A stretch of 26,291 nt of DNA from Oligoflexus sp. (GCA_041736305.1 JBGSTX010000051.1:1-26291); one strand, 5' to 3'; counted from the first letter of the stretch, positions 16,427 through 25,249 are shown. Made by a program: numbers and translations. The notes: generated by a model from the sequence alone, not told the origin.

Positions 16427-17089
16427 ATGGCTGAGCAGTGGCTTTCCATAGTTGAGTATGCGAGGACCTTTGCCGTCTCAGACATGACGGTTCGAAGGCG
16501 AATAAAGAATGGCAAACTGCAAGCCGTTCTGCGAGAGGGGAAGTATTATATTCCCCTTAGTGCGGGAGAACGCATCATCGAAGAAGAGCCTCTCTTCGAT
16601 GTTCCTGATCGATTGCGGCAGAAAGCAGCTGCAAAATCTCCACCGAGGTCGGCGGTTTTGCCGGAAATACCTGTGCAACTGCAGTCGGCGTTGGCAGCTC
16701 CTCCATCAGCACCTGCACTAGCTCCGACTGCAGTATACGCTTCGCATTCGGTTCTTGCTTCTCCTTCGCCTTCTGCGCTGACTGACGAGAATTTTCTCGA
16801 AGACTTCCAGCGGCTGCGGCTTGGGGCAAGCACGAAATCGCTACCGAAGCAAATTACTCAGCATTTGCAGCGAAGTGACAATACTCTGGTGGATAGCCAG
16901 GCTCTGCTGCAGTTCTGCGAACAAAGCATGACGCGCATCAGCTCGATCGAACGCCATTTGCAAGATAGCTTCCAGCAGCGACTGCAGAACCTGGAAACGC
17001 AGATCAAGCTTAAGGACGGGGTTATCGTTCAGCTTAAGCAGCAAGTCGAAGATCTGCAGATGTTGGTCAAGCTTATGGAACAAAAATAG
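16427..17089 (+). CDS. Putative DNA-binding protein: N-terminal MerR/excisionase-like HTH, P/A/S-rich linker and C-terminal coiled coil
   Basis: N-terminal WLSIVEYARTFAVSDMTVRRRIKNGKL...EGKYYI and C-terminal heptads LQNLETQIKLKDGVIVQLKQQVEDLQMLVKLME. ATG 16427 follows GAGG. Confidence 0.75.
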   Translation: MAEQWLSIVEYARTFAVSDMTVRRRIKNGKLQAVLREGKYYIPLSAGERIIEEEPLFDVPDRLRQKAAAKSPPRSAVLPEIPVQLQSALAAPPSAPALAPTAVYASHSVLASPSPSALTDENFLEDFQRLRLGASTKSLPKQITQHLQRSDNTLVDSQALLQFCEQSMTRISSIERHLQDSFQQRLQNLETQIKLKDGVIVQLKQQVEDLQMLVKLMEQK

Positions 17090-17094
17090 ACCTG

Positions 17095-18198
17095 TTAGAA
17101 CATGAGCAAACTAGCATCTCCATAGCTCAAGAAACGATACTGCTCAGCGACGGCAGTTTTATACAGATCACGCATGGATTGGTAGCCAATCAAGGCTGAA
17201 ACCAGCATGAGCAGCGAGCTTTCTGGTTGATGGAAATTAGTAATAAGTCCCGATAAACCCCATGGTTTTATTGTTTCCTCTTTATGCTTTGGATACAAAA
17301 ACAAATCAGTCTCTAGCCAACGATCCAGTTGATCTTCAAGTCTCACTCCTGGGCGCTGCGATTGCCTGACGAAAGATTCGAGGCAGCGCAGCGAGGTTGT
17401 TCCAACTGCGATCAAGGGGAGCCCGATTCTTTGGGCGTTTTCAAGTTCCTCCCAACTTTTGGAACTCATTCGATAGCGCTCTGTATGCATTACATGGGCT
17501 GCAATCTCTGTGGTTTTTACCGGAAGGAAAGTTCCCCCACCCACATGGAGGGTCAGGGGCACAGGGACAATTCCTGCGTCTCTAAGCTCTTGCCAGATCT
17601 CATGGCTAAAATGGAGACCTGCCGTAGGTGCTGCAACAGAACCCTGTTCCTGCGCGTAGATAGTCTGATACCTCTCCCGATCTTCACTTAAAGGTGCGGG
17701 GTTGGCTTCGCGCCGCGCAATATAAGGCGGGAGCGGAATATAACCCACCCGATCCATCCACCCTAAAAATTCCGAGTAGGGGAGACTGAAGCTCACCTCA
17801 GCTGTAGCCTGGGCCGTATCAGTAAATTGAGCCTCTATCCTTGCACGACAAGTCTCGTCTAATACAAGCTCGGTGCCGGGCAGAAGTTTGCGGAACGGCT
17901 TGCCAAGAACCTGCCAACGATTTTCATCCAAGCTTAGAGGCTTCAACAGCATAAGCTCGATGCGCCCACCATGCTTAGTGTGGGCACGGAGGCGCCCAGG
18001 AATAACCCGCGTATCGTTATAGAGTAGGCGCGTTCCTGGGGGCAGGATACGGGCTAAATTCTTGAAGAGCTGATGTTCGAGGGACCCATTGCTTTGCCGC
18101 ACCAATAGGCGTGAGGAGCTGCGTTGGGGGAGGGGCTCTTGGGCGATGAGCTCTTCTGGGAGCTCATAGTTGAAATCTTCGAGGCTTAGTGCTTGCAT
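17095..18198 (-). CDS. queA: S-adenosylmethionine:tRNA ribosyltransferase-isomerase
   Basis: Motifs FNYELPEELIAQ, NDTRVIPGRL, PLPPYI, YQT, GSVAAPTAGLHF, TLHVG.GTF.PV, AVGTTSLR, TNFH.P.SSL and YRFLSYGDA. Confidence 0.97.
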   Translation of the reverse strand: MQALSLEDFNYELPEELIAQEPLPQRSSSRLLVRQSNGSLEHQLFKNLARILPPGTRLLYNDTRVIPGRLRAHTKHGGRIELMLLKPLSLDENRWQVLGKPFRKLLPGTELVLDETCRARIEAQFTDTAQATAEVSFSLPYSEFLGWMDRVGYIPLPPYIARREANPAPLSEDRERYQTIYAQEQGSVAAPTAGLHFSHEIWQELRDAGIVPVPLTLHVGGGTFLPVKTTEIAAHVMHTERYRMSSKSWEELENAQRIGLPLIAVGTTSLRCLESFVRQSQRPGVRLEDQLDRWLETDLFLYPKHKEETIKPWGLSGLITNFHQPESSLLMLVSALIGYQSMRDLYKTAVAEQYRFLSYGDASLLMF

Positions 18199-18219
18199 GT
18201 ACCACTTCTTATTTTGGCT

Positions 18220-19287
18220 TTAAGACTTGTCCTTGCTACGGAGGACAAACTCTTCGTAATGGCTGTAAAATTTTTGCGTGTTGCGGCTTTCTTCGATTTC
18301 TTTTTTGAATGGGTAGTTGATCGCCTGCAGAATCCCTGGCAAGAATTGCTCCCAATATTCATCTACTTTATGAGCATCGGTCGTTCGGAGCTCAAGCGTC
18401 ACCGTTGGTATATGTCTTTCGTTGCCGGCGAAATTCCCGAGCGAACCAGGATAAAAAGAATAGTCGACGACGCGATAGTTTTTAGATTTCTTTGATATGG
18501 CTTCGGCTAAGGCCCGAGCTTTGGCTTCGGTCGGCGAAAGCTTGCTGGGCTTCTGATCGCCGGGGCCATCGTAGTCAAGGAAGCCCAGGGGAGCGTGGAT
18601 CGACAGGATCTTATCTGGTTGAAATTCATCTATAAGGCGAACCTGGAAGATGGTCTCAATTTCAGAATTTGGAAAGTGCCCTGGGAAATGAGGAAGACTC
18701 CGATTCCTGGCGTGTTGCCAAGTAGCGAGTGATTTTTCATACCAGTCCAAGGTGAAAAAATTTCGATTAGGATCTACGCCCCGCATGTTGGTCCGAGTTG
18801 GTGCACCCTGCCGCAGGTATCCGTCTGGGTTGACCAGGGGGGCAATGATAATCTGCTGGTCCTCTTTAACCAATTGAGGATTTTCCGAAAGATAACGAGC
18901 GAGGCGAAAGCCCATCGGGATCGGCGTTAATTCGTCAGGATGAACGCCACTTAAAAGGAGAGTCGTCTGGGTTCCTTTCCCGAAACTCATGAAAAGTAGA
19001 GGATTTTTATCAGCCGACTGCAAGGTGGCTTGCCATTTAAGCGAGCCGCATGGATCACTCTCCCAACCCTGTTTCTTAAACTGCTGGCCTAATTTCTTAC
19101 AAAACGCTCCAAGTTGGTTCTGCTGCTGTTCGGAGGTGATGCGAAAATCGGCTTCGGATTCAGGATTAATCGAAGAACTCTTGATGAAAGCGCGACCCAT
19201 AAGTCCGTGATAATGATCAAGCGCCTGAGCGTTGGCGGATAGGAAGAATAGCGAAGCAAAGCTAAGGCCGAAAATTATGCGGCGCAT
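18220..19287 (-). CDS. M14 zinc carboxypeptidase, murein peptide amidase A (MpaA)-like, with signal peptide
   Basis: Motifs GVHPDE (HxxE), NPDG, RTN.RGVDPNRNF, SIHAP, YPGSLG and TLEL. Signal peptide MRRIIFGLSFASLFFLSANAQA starts at ATG 19287; an alternative start lies at 19359. Confidence 0.85.
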   Translation of the reverse strand: MRRIIFGLSFASLFFLSANAQALDHYHGLMGRAFIKSSSINPESEADFRITSEQQQNQLGAFCKKLGQQFKKQGWESDPCGSLKWQATLQSADKNPLLFMSFGKGTQTTLLLSGVHPDELTPIPMGFRLARYLSENPQLVKEDQQIIIAPLVNPDGYLRQGAPTRTNMRGVDPNRNFFTLDWYEKSLATWQHARNRSLPHFPGHFPNSEIETIFQVRLIDEFQPDKILSIHAPLGFLDYDGPGDQKPSKLSPTEAKARALAEAISKKSKNYRVVDYSFYPGSLGNFAGNERHIPTVTLELRTTDAHKVDEYWEQFLPGILQAINYPFKKEIEESRNTQKFYSHYEEFVLRSKDKS

Positions 19288-19398
19288 AGATGGATCCTTT
19301 CGATGGAACTCAGCTCTCGGGCTGAAGGTCTCCGACTGAACGAGAGCTTGAAGGTGCATTCATTATAGCCTCCTAAGGCTCCAAAAAGGGAGCGTTGC

Positions 19399-21576
19399 TT
19401 AACTCGTCTGGGCTTTGCCCGCAGTGAAGAGGCGGCGTCCTTGATGGAAGCCGTTCCAAATAGGGGCATTTGCTGCGCCGAGTTCGCATATTTCCACGGC
19501 TAGGTCATTTACGAGGTCACTACTGCTAGGACAGGCACTCAGCTTTTGCAAGTCCGTCTGCTGGCTTAACCAATCAATGAAGTCAGCTTCGTCTCCTGAG
19601 GCTACCGCAAGTATGGAGAGGATCCACGGTCTTTGAGCTAAGGAACTATCAATTTGTGTGTTTTTCGACCAAGAGCAGAACCTTATCAAAGGAAATTCAG
19701 CTCCTAGACGAAGTACGTCTTGGCCGCGGCGCAGGAGATCTAAATGCGTATGAACCAGACTGATAGCTTCGTTCGGAGGTATGGGTTCAGACCAGTTTTT
19801 TCCGGCCTGATGAAAGGCGGCTTCGCTTGCTATCCAGTCTTCGAGATGGTCCTCTGGAGCGCCCCAAACGAAAAGCAGCCTACTGCTCATGCAGCCTTTT
19901 TGACCTAAGCTGAAGGTATCTTTCCAAATGTAATCGGCGAGATGCCCTTTAGTTAAAGCGCTCTTGTGGGCAATACTGGCTGTGATAAAACTTCCGAAGC
20001 CTTGGAGCGGCCAAGGGCTGCTATCTTTGAACTCGCGAAGGGTTTCATCGCTAGCAAACGCAAGGAGCGCTCCGACCTGAGGAGCTGGTAAATCCCCAAC
20101 CCGATAGCTCTCGGGTAAGAGATCTATTTTGACAAGGTCACTATGCTCGAGTTCTCTTTTCCAAAAGTGGAGAAGATCGCTGCCGCTAGAAACCCGTACA
20201 GTAAGGTCGAGACCTAGTAAGGATCCTAAGGCAAGCGGATAAAGAGCCGCTATTGGGTGCGTGCGGGGAGGAATAATAAGCCAAGATTTTGGAGTTTCGG
20301 TGTCAATCGCCGCAAGAGCTGCTCTTACCCAGCATTCGACAGATTTTGGAGTACTGCGGCGCAGGTCTTCTTCGAGAGCGGCCGCAAGTCGAGGCGAGCC
20401 CAAAAGGTCTAAAAGTAGAGCCTTATGTTCGACCATATCCCATATAGTCTCTAGGGTTGAGACCAAAATTTTCGCTCGTGCGGCCAGAGTTGCTGGGTCC
20501 GGAGACAAGAGCCTGTCTATCTTAGCAGTCGCCGACGGCAATGTTTTGCGTTTATGACAATCTTCAGCCAGAAGCGAGCAACCTTTAAGAGCGGAAAGAG
20601 GCACGCGCCCTAGGAGTTCGAAGCTTCCTTGCGGATTCAGATTTACGAGGTCTTCAGTCCTGATAGGCCAAGGAAGGTCACAACGAATTCTATCATCGAC
20701 AAGCAGCGAGCCAAATCCTTCGGACTTTAATAAGCCTCGACTATCAGCAACTTGAAGTCGAATCCACTTTGGAAAACGGTATCTGCGTTTACTCAAAGGC
20801 AGTTCCGCGCCGTCAGGGTTTGGCACAAAGTCATAGGCTTGGCTTGCCAGTTCGCACATTCCATACTCACTGACAATGCGATTACGCGGTACAGCGAAAC
20901 TTGCTTCGATAAGCTCGTAAAGTTCTTCGCGACTGACTGAGCGACTGCGACCTTTAGTACCTCCAGTTTCGACTACGATGCTTCCGGCGGGAAGACGGCA
21001 GGTCTGGCCGCGATCCGCAAACTGAACCAGGTGGAAGGCCGTTGCAAAAAGCCAAATAGGCTCTTGAGGCAAGAGAGGCTCAGCACCATCGTCGATATAG
21101 GTGAGGCGACCTTCTGCGCCGATCCAAGCCAACATCTGGGCTAGGCTGGAATCTGGCCATACCGAGGTGTTTGGCACCATACTGAGGCCTAAGGCATCTT
21201 GAGGGTGCGGGAAAAAGTTTTGCAGCATCGCCCAAAACCCACGGAGTGAAAACTGGCGATAGAGATCGAGACCTTGTTTACTGAATGGCGAAAGCGAACG
21301 CTCACTCTGAGTCGTACCGCTAGAACGAAAAGAGCGTTCAACTCCTCCAGCAGCAGCGATGTATTCGGACCAAAACGCGGCATCGTCTTTGAGACTCTCT
21401 ATCGGCAAAAGGTCACTTTGCCTATACACAGCCTGAATGGCCTCTCTATAAAGCGGCTGCGGACGCATGCGCGTTTCTAAAAGGGAGCAAGAAGGAGAAG
21501 AAGGAGACGGAGAAGTATAGACCTCACTGAGGGGTGTTCTAAGCCATTCTTGCAAGGTTTGATTGGGACCGCTCAT
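19399..21576 (-). CDS. Fused LuxE-type acyl-protein synthetase / LuxC-type acyl-CoA reductase
   Basis: N-half: FRSSGTT, SSLAQM, ETGGTKGR..SREEL, SEYGMCELASQAY, TEDL and FELLGR...KGCSL. C-half: VRVSS, AFASDETL, GFG, DTFSLGQKGCMSSRLLFV and P.W..FHQGR. AGGAG SD; 725 aa with no internal stop. Confidence 0.82.
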   Translation of the reverse strand: MSGPNQTLQEWLRTPLSEVYTSPSPSSPSCSLLETRMRPQPLYREAIQAVYRQSDLLPIESLKDDAAFWSEYIAAAGGVERSFRSSGTTQSERSLSPFSKQGLDLYRQFSLRGFWAMLQNFFPHPQDALGLSMVPNTSVWPDSSLAQMLAWIGAEGRLTYIDDGAEPLLPQEPIWLFATAFHLVQFADRGQTCRLPAGSIVVETGGTKGRSRSVSREELYELIEASFAVPRNRIVSEYGMCELASQAYDFVPNPDGAELPLSKRRYRFPKWIRLQVADSRGLLKSEGFGSLLVDDRIRCDLPWPIRTEDLVNLNPQGSFELLGRVPLSALKGCSLLAEDCHKRKTLPSATAKIDRLLSPDPATLAARAKILVSTLETIWDMVEHKALLLDLLGSPRLAAALEEDLRRSTPKSVECWVRAALAAIDTETPKSWLIIPPRTHPIAALYPLALGSLLGLDLTVRVSSGSDLLHFWKRELEHSDLVKIDLLPESYRVGDLPAPQVGALLAFASDETLREFKDSSPWPLQGFGSFITASIAHKSALTKGHLADYIWKDTFSLGQKGCMSSRLLFVWGAPEDHLEDWIASEAAFHQAGKNWSEPIPPNEAISLVHTHLDLLRRGQDVLRLGAEFPLIRFCSWSKNTQIDSSLAQRPWILSILAVASGDEADFIDWLSQQTDLQKLSACPSSSDLVNDLAVEICELGAANAPIWNGFHQGRRLFTAGKAQTS

Positions 21577-21770
21577 AGCAGCATACTCCTGAGAAGCAAT
21601 CGCTTATGCCATTAGAGCAAGCCTACGTCTACCGAAGATTCCTTCTTCTCACTCGAAGCCTTGTTCACGAGAGCAGAGAGTCGCTAGGTGAGGATGCTAC
21701 CCAAAAGCGGCGGATTCAGCTAAAATCCTCCGTCTGCACAAGATTGACCGGTAACCTGCAGGAATGTGGT

Positions 21771-22607
21771 ATGACAACGCAGTATTACCTAAAATTAGCT
21801 CAGTTCGAGGGCCCCCTCGACCTTCTCCTTCACCTCATCCGCGTGAATGAGATCGACATTTTTTGTATCGATATATTCAGACTTACGCAGCAGTATCTCG
21901 AGTACCTTCGCATCCTCCGTTATGACGACCTAGGTGATGCCGGCGAATTTATCGAAATGGCGGCCACACTGATCGAAATAAAAACCAGGATGTTGCTCCC
22001 AGGCCAGGAATCAAAAAATGAAGAAGGGCAGCTGACCGAAGAGGATCCGCGATATTCGCTGCAAGAGCGTTTGATCCAATATGAAATGATGAAGCGCGCG
22101 GCCGAGCACATGGCTCTGAAGCCACAGTTTGGATTGCAGATTCGTTCAAGCATGGAGTGGCAAAGGCTTTTGCCCCAATATGAAGCGATTGAAGCTCCGC
22201 TTACGGGCGATCCCGCTTCGCTCGTGATTCTATACGAGCAGATGCTGCGTGACCTGACCGAGCGTAAACCACCGGTAAAGCACGAAGCTCAAGTGCATGC
22301 CGTGACAGTCGAAGAAAAGATCATTGAACTGGCGAAAATCATCGAAAACGTCAATTTCGCCCTATTTCAGGGTTTTTACAAGACTTTTCAGTCACGCTAT
22401 GAACTGGTCGCCTATATTTTGGCAACTCTCGAACTCTGTAAGGGAGGCAAGCTGAAGGTTCATCAAGAGCTTATGAACGGACCGCTTTGGATCTACCGAA
22501 GTGATTTCGATGCGACGCAGCTGCCGTCGCAGTGGATGCAATCAGATTCGGCTGCCGTTATTGGAGTCGAAGTAGGCGAGCCTGCGCGAGAGGAAGACTT
22601 ACCTTGA
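21771..22607 (+). CDS. scpA: Segregation and condensation protein A (kleisin)
   Basis: Motifs FEGPLDLLLHLI, QYLEYL, AGEFIEMAATLIEIKTRMLLP, DPR..L.ERL..Y and LATLELCK. Start moved to ATG 21771. Confidence 0.95.
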   Translation: MTTQYYLKLAQFEGPLDLLLHLIRVNEIDIFCIDIFRLTQQYLEYLRILRYDDLGDAGEFIEMAATLIEIKTRMLLPGQESKNEEGQLTEEDPRYSLQERLIQYEMMKRAAEHMALKPQFGLQIRSSMEWQRLLPQYEAIEAPLTGDPASLVILYEQMLRDLTERKPPVKHEAQVHAVTVEEKIIELAKIIENVNFALFQGFYKTFQSRYELVAYILATLELCKGGKLKVHQELMNGPLWIYRSDFDATQLPSQWMQSDSAAVIGVEVGEPAREEDLP

Positions 22608-23506
22608 CCCAAGAAGATATGGAAATCCCGCCCAACACAGCCGGAGAAACAGCCCTAGCGGAAAAAGACGAACGCACAGGACTCATGCGCTGGGATGAGG
22701 CCTTAACTTTGGAAGGGCAGGTTGAAGCCGTCCTTTTCGCTGCCCCAAAACCTTTGTCTATGAGCGAACTAGCGGAAATATTGCAAGATGAGGAAGGTAA
22801 GCCTGAAGTTGAGCTCATCGAAAGCACAGTTCAACGTCTGCTGAGACTCTACCTTGAACGCAACGGTGGATTTCGGCTTGAACATGAAAAAGGTGCGGGA
22901 TATCAATTCCGCAGTGTCCCCGCTGCTGCTCCACTTATGGAGCGTATGTTTGCCTCCCGTCAAAGGCCTCTCTCCCGGGCAGCTTTAGAAACTCTAGCAA
23001 TAATCGCCTATCGGCAACCAGCCACCCGAGCCGACATCGAGTATATTCGAGGCGTCGATGCTGGCAGCATTATTAAGAATCTACTCGATCGAGAGCTCAT
23101 AATCTGTGTCGGAAGAAAAGAGGATGCCGGAAGGCCGATGATGTTCGGTACCTCGACAGAGTTTCTAAGAGTTTTTCGCTTGAACTCTCTGAGCGACTTG
23201 CCTCCACTTGCTGCTTTCCAGCCTTCTCCCGAGCTTATGGTTGAGGCTATGAACAGGCTGGATGAACCTCGGGAAGAGGTTGACGTTGAAGCTTTCCTCG
23301 AAGATCCCGAACAGATGAGTCCTTCTATCTCTGCTGGACTAGGGTCAGCAGAGTTCGCTGACGATTTTGCTGACGCCAAAGCAAATTTTGAGGTAATAGA
23401 TCCCGAACATAAGCCGCGAGATAGAGGCCAAAATGGCATAAATCGGGCGGGCGCTAGCAAAGACGCTGAGGGATCAGATGGACACGGCTCAGGAGAACAC
23501 GATTAG
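22604..23506 (+). CDS. scpB: Segregation and condensation protein B
   Basis: Motifs EAVLFA, GYQFRS, LSRAALETLAIIAYRQP.TRADIE.IRGVD, GRP..FGT..FL..F.L.SL.DLP and an acidic tail. The TTG at 22604 overlaps the scpA stop; ATG 22619 is an alternative start. Confidence 0.95.
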   Translation: MTQEDMEIPPNTAGETALAEKDERTGLMRWDEALTLEGQVEAVLFAAPKPLSMSELAEILQDEEGKPEVELIESTVQRLLRLYLERNGGFRLEHEKGAGYQFRSVPAAAPLMERMFASRQRPLSRAALETLAIIAYRQPATRADIEYIRGVDAGSIIKNLLDRELIICVGRKEDAGRPMMFGTSTEFLRVFRLNSLSDLPPLAAFQPSPELMVEAMNRLDEPREEVDVEAFLEDPEQMSPSISAGLGSAEFADDFADAKANFEVIDPEHKPRDRGQNGINRAGASKDAEGSDGHGSGEHD

Positions 23507-24248
23507 GATACAAAAATGGCTTTCTCAGGCGGGAATCGCTTCCCGACGAGAGGCTGAAAGAATGCTCCTCGAGGGTAGAATTTCGGTGAACGGATCTGTT
23601 ACTAGCGAGCTAGGAACAAAGATCGATCCTCTGAATGATCAGATTCGAGTTGATGGGCGACTCCTCCACGATGCAGAACCACCTCGCGTATACTGGATGC
23701 TGCACAAGCCTGACCTCTGCCTGACGAGTCGCAAAGGTCAGGGCGATATGCATACTATCTTCGAACTAGCTGCACTGAAACGTATCAAGTTCATGCTCTA
23801 TCCCGTCGGACGCCTGGATTTCAGGACCGAAGGCCTCTTGCTGCTCTCGAATGATGGCGAACTTGTGCATCGGCTGACTCACCCCAAATTCAAGGTGCCT
23901 CGTACCTACCAAGTATTGGTCAGCCGTCGTCTAAGCGCAGATGAAGAAGCTGAAATGCGTCGTGGAATTGAGCTCGAAGATGGCAAAAGTCAAGGAGTTC
24001 AACTGCAGTTTCTGCAGGGCAAGGAACTCGGGAATAGTAAGGGATCCTGGTATCTCATGACGGTTTTCGAAGGACGTAATCGTATCGTGCGACGCATGTT
24101 CGAGCACTTCGATATCAAAGTTGTCCGACTTATTCGAATGGCCTACGGGGAGATTACTCTGCCGGACGACATGAGGCCTGGAGAGTGCAGACAGCTTAAA
24201 TCAGAACAGATTAAGTTCCTGAAGCAGCAAGTGGGATTGCAGTCTTAA
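23478..24248 (+). CDS. rluB: 23S rRNA pseudouridine synthase (RsuA/RluB family)
   Basis: S4 domain (RIQKWLSQAGIASRREAE), HKP, catalytic VGRLDF.TEGLLLLSNDG, EGRNR..RRMF and LIR. The scpA-scpB-rluB order is conserved. Confidence 0.9.
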   Translation: MDTAQENTIRIQKWLSQAGIASRREAERMLLEGRISVNGSVTSELGTKIDPLNDQIRVDGRLLHDAEPPRVYWMLHKPDLCLTSRKGQGDMHTIFELAALKRIKFMLYPVGRLDFRTEGLLLLSNDGELVHRLTHPKFKVPRTYQVLVSRRLSADEEAEMRRGIELEDGKSQGVQLQFLQGKELGNSKGSWYLMTVFEGRNRIVRRMFEHFDIKVVRLIRMAYGEITLPDDMRPGECRQLKSEQIKFLKQQVGLQS

Positions 24249-24265
24249 TTTCCAAGAGGTTTTTG

Positions 24266-25249
24266 ATGAAGCTGGCAACACGCGATGATGGTAGCCGCGA
24301 TGGACAATTGATGGTGATCAGTCGAGACGGTGAGCGAATGGTAGATGCCGGAAGCTCTTGGCCTACGCTCCAGTCCGCTCTCGATAGGTGGGATGAAGCG
24401 CGTATTGATCTGGAGACGGTTTCGTCCCGACTCGAACGTCAGGCTGCTTTTGGGCAAGCGACCCAGGGAGTTCAATTTCGGGCCCCCCTACCGCGAGCCT
24501 ATGAATGGATCGATGGCTCAGCTTATATCAATCATATCGTTCTGGTCCGCAAAGCGCGTGGCGCAGAGCCGCCCGAAACTTTGCGGACCGATCCTCTGAT
24601 TTATCAGGGCGGTTCAAGCGTGCTTCTTGGTCACCGTGATCCTATTAAGCTGGCTGATCCTGCGTGGGGCTGTGATTTTGAATCTGAAGTAGCGGTAATT
24701 CTCGGTGACACTCCTCAAGGTGTCAAAGCATCTGAAGCAGAAAAACATGTAAAGCTCGTGGTACTAGTCAACGATATCTCGCTGAGAAATCTGATTCCTG
24801 TCGAACTAGCTAAAGGCTTTGGATTCTTTCAATCCAAGCCAGCTTCAGCCTTTTCGCCCTTTGCGGTTACACCTGACGAGCTTGGCGATGCTTGGCGCGA
24901 TGGGCGGGTGCATCTGCCTTTGCTCACTCATCTCAATGGTAAGCTATTCGGCAATCCAGAGGCAGGAAAGGAAATGCATTTTTCGTTCTTTGATCTCATA
25001 GCGCATATAGCCAAAACTCGTGCCTATGGTGCTGGGACGATATTAGGCAGTGGTACTGTTTCAAATGAAGATCGGAGTCGGGGCTCGTCTTGCTTGGCTG
25101 AGAAACGTATGATTGAGACGATAGACGAAGGTAAAGCTCGCACAGCATTTTTACAGTATGGCGACAGGGTCGAAATTGAAATGAAGGACAGAAGTGGTCG
25201 CTCAATATTTGGTAAGCTTGAGCAGACCGTCGAATTGCAGTCTCTCTAA
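24266..25249 (+). CDS. Fumarylacetoacetate hydrolase family protein
   Basis: Motifs MKLAT...RDGQL.V.SRD, APLPRAYEWIDGSAY, YQGGS, DFESEVAVI, NDISLRNLIP.EL.KGFGFFQSKP and GSGTVSN. Confidence 0.93.
   Translation: MKLATRDDGSRDGQLMVISRDGERMVDAGSSWPTLQSALDRWDEARIDLETVSSRLERQAAFGQATQGVQFRAPLPRAYEWIDGSAYINHIVLVRKARGAEPPETLRTDPLIYQGGSSVLLGHRDPIKLADPAWGCDFESEVAVILGDTPQGVKASEAEKHVKLVVLVNDISLRNLIPVELAKGFGFFQSKPASAFSPFAVTPDELGDAWRDGRVHLPLLTHLNGKLFGNPEAGKEMHFSFFDLIAHIAKTRAYGAGTILGSGTVSNEDRSRGSSCLAEKRMIETIDEGKARTAFLQYGDRVEIEMKDRSGRSIFGKLEQTVELQSL

Noticed and set aside
16427-16560. Excisionase marking a prophage or integrative element
   Set aside because: There is no integrase, att repeat, tRNA or obvious compositional shift, and the flanks are housekeeping genes.
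18199-18219. preQ1 riboswitch upstream of queA
   Set aside because: The gap is only 21 nt and has no preQ1 stem.
19399-21576. Bioluminescence (lux) operon
   Set aside because: No luxA, luxB, luxD or luxG is present in the window.
12332-21576. Alkane pathway pairing the Lux fusion with the di-iron-like DUF3050 protein
   Set aside because: The genes are over 6 kb apart in different transcription units, the fold differs from aldehyde-deformylating oxygenase, and the metal site looks incomplete.
21606-21770. N-terminal extension of ScpA
   Set aside because: Homology begins right after ATG 21771; the upstream region is the divergent promoter space.
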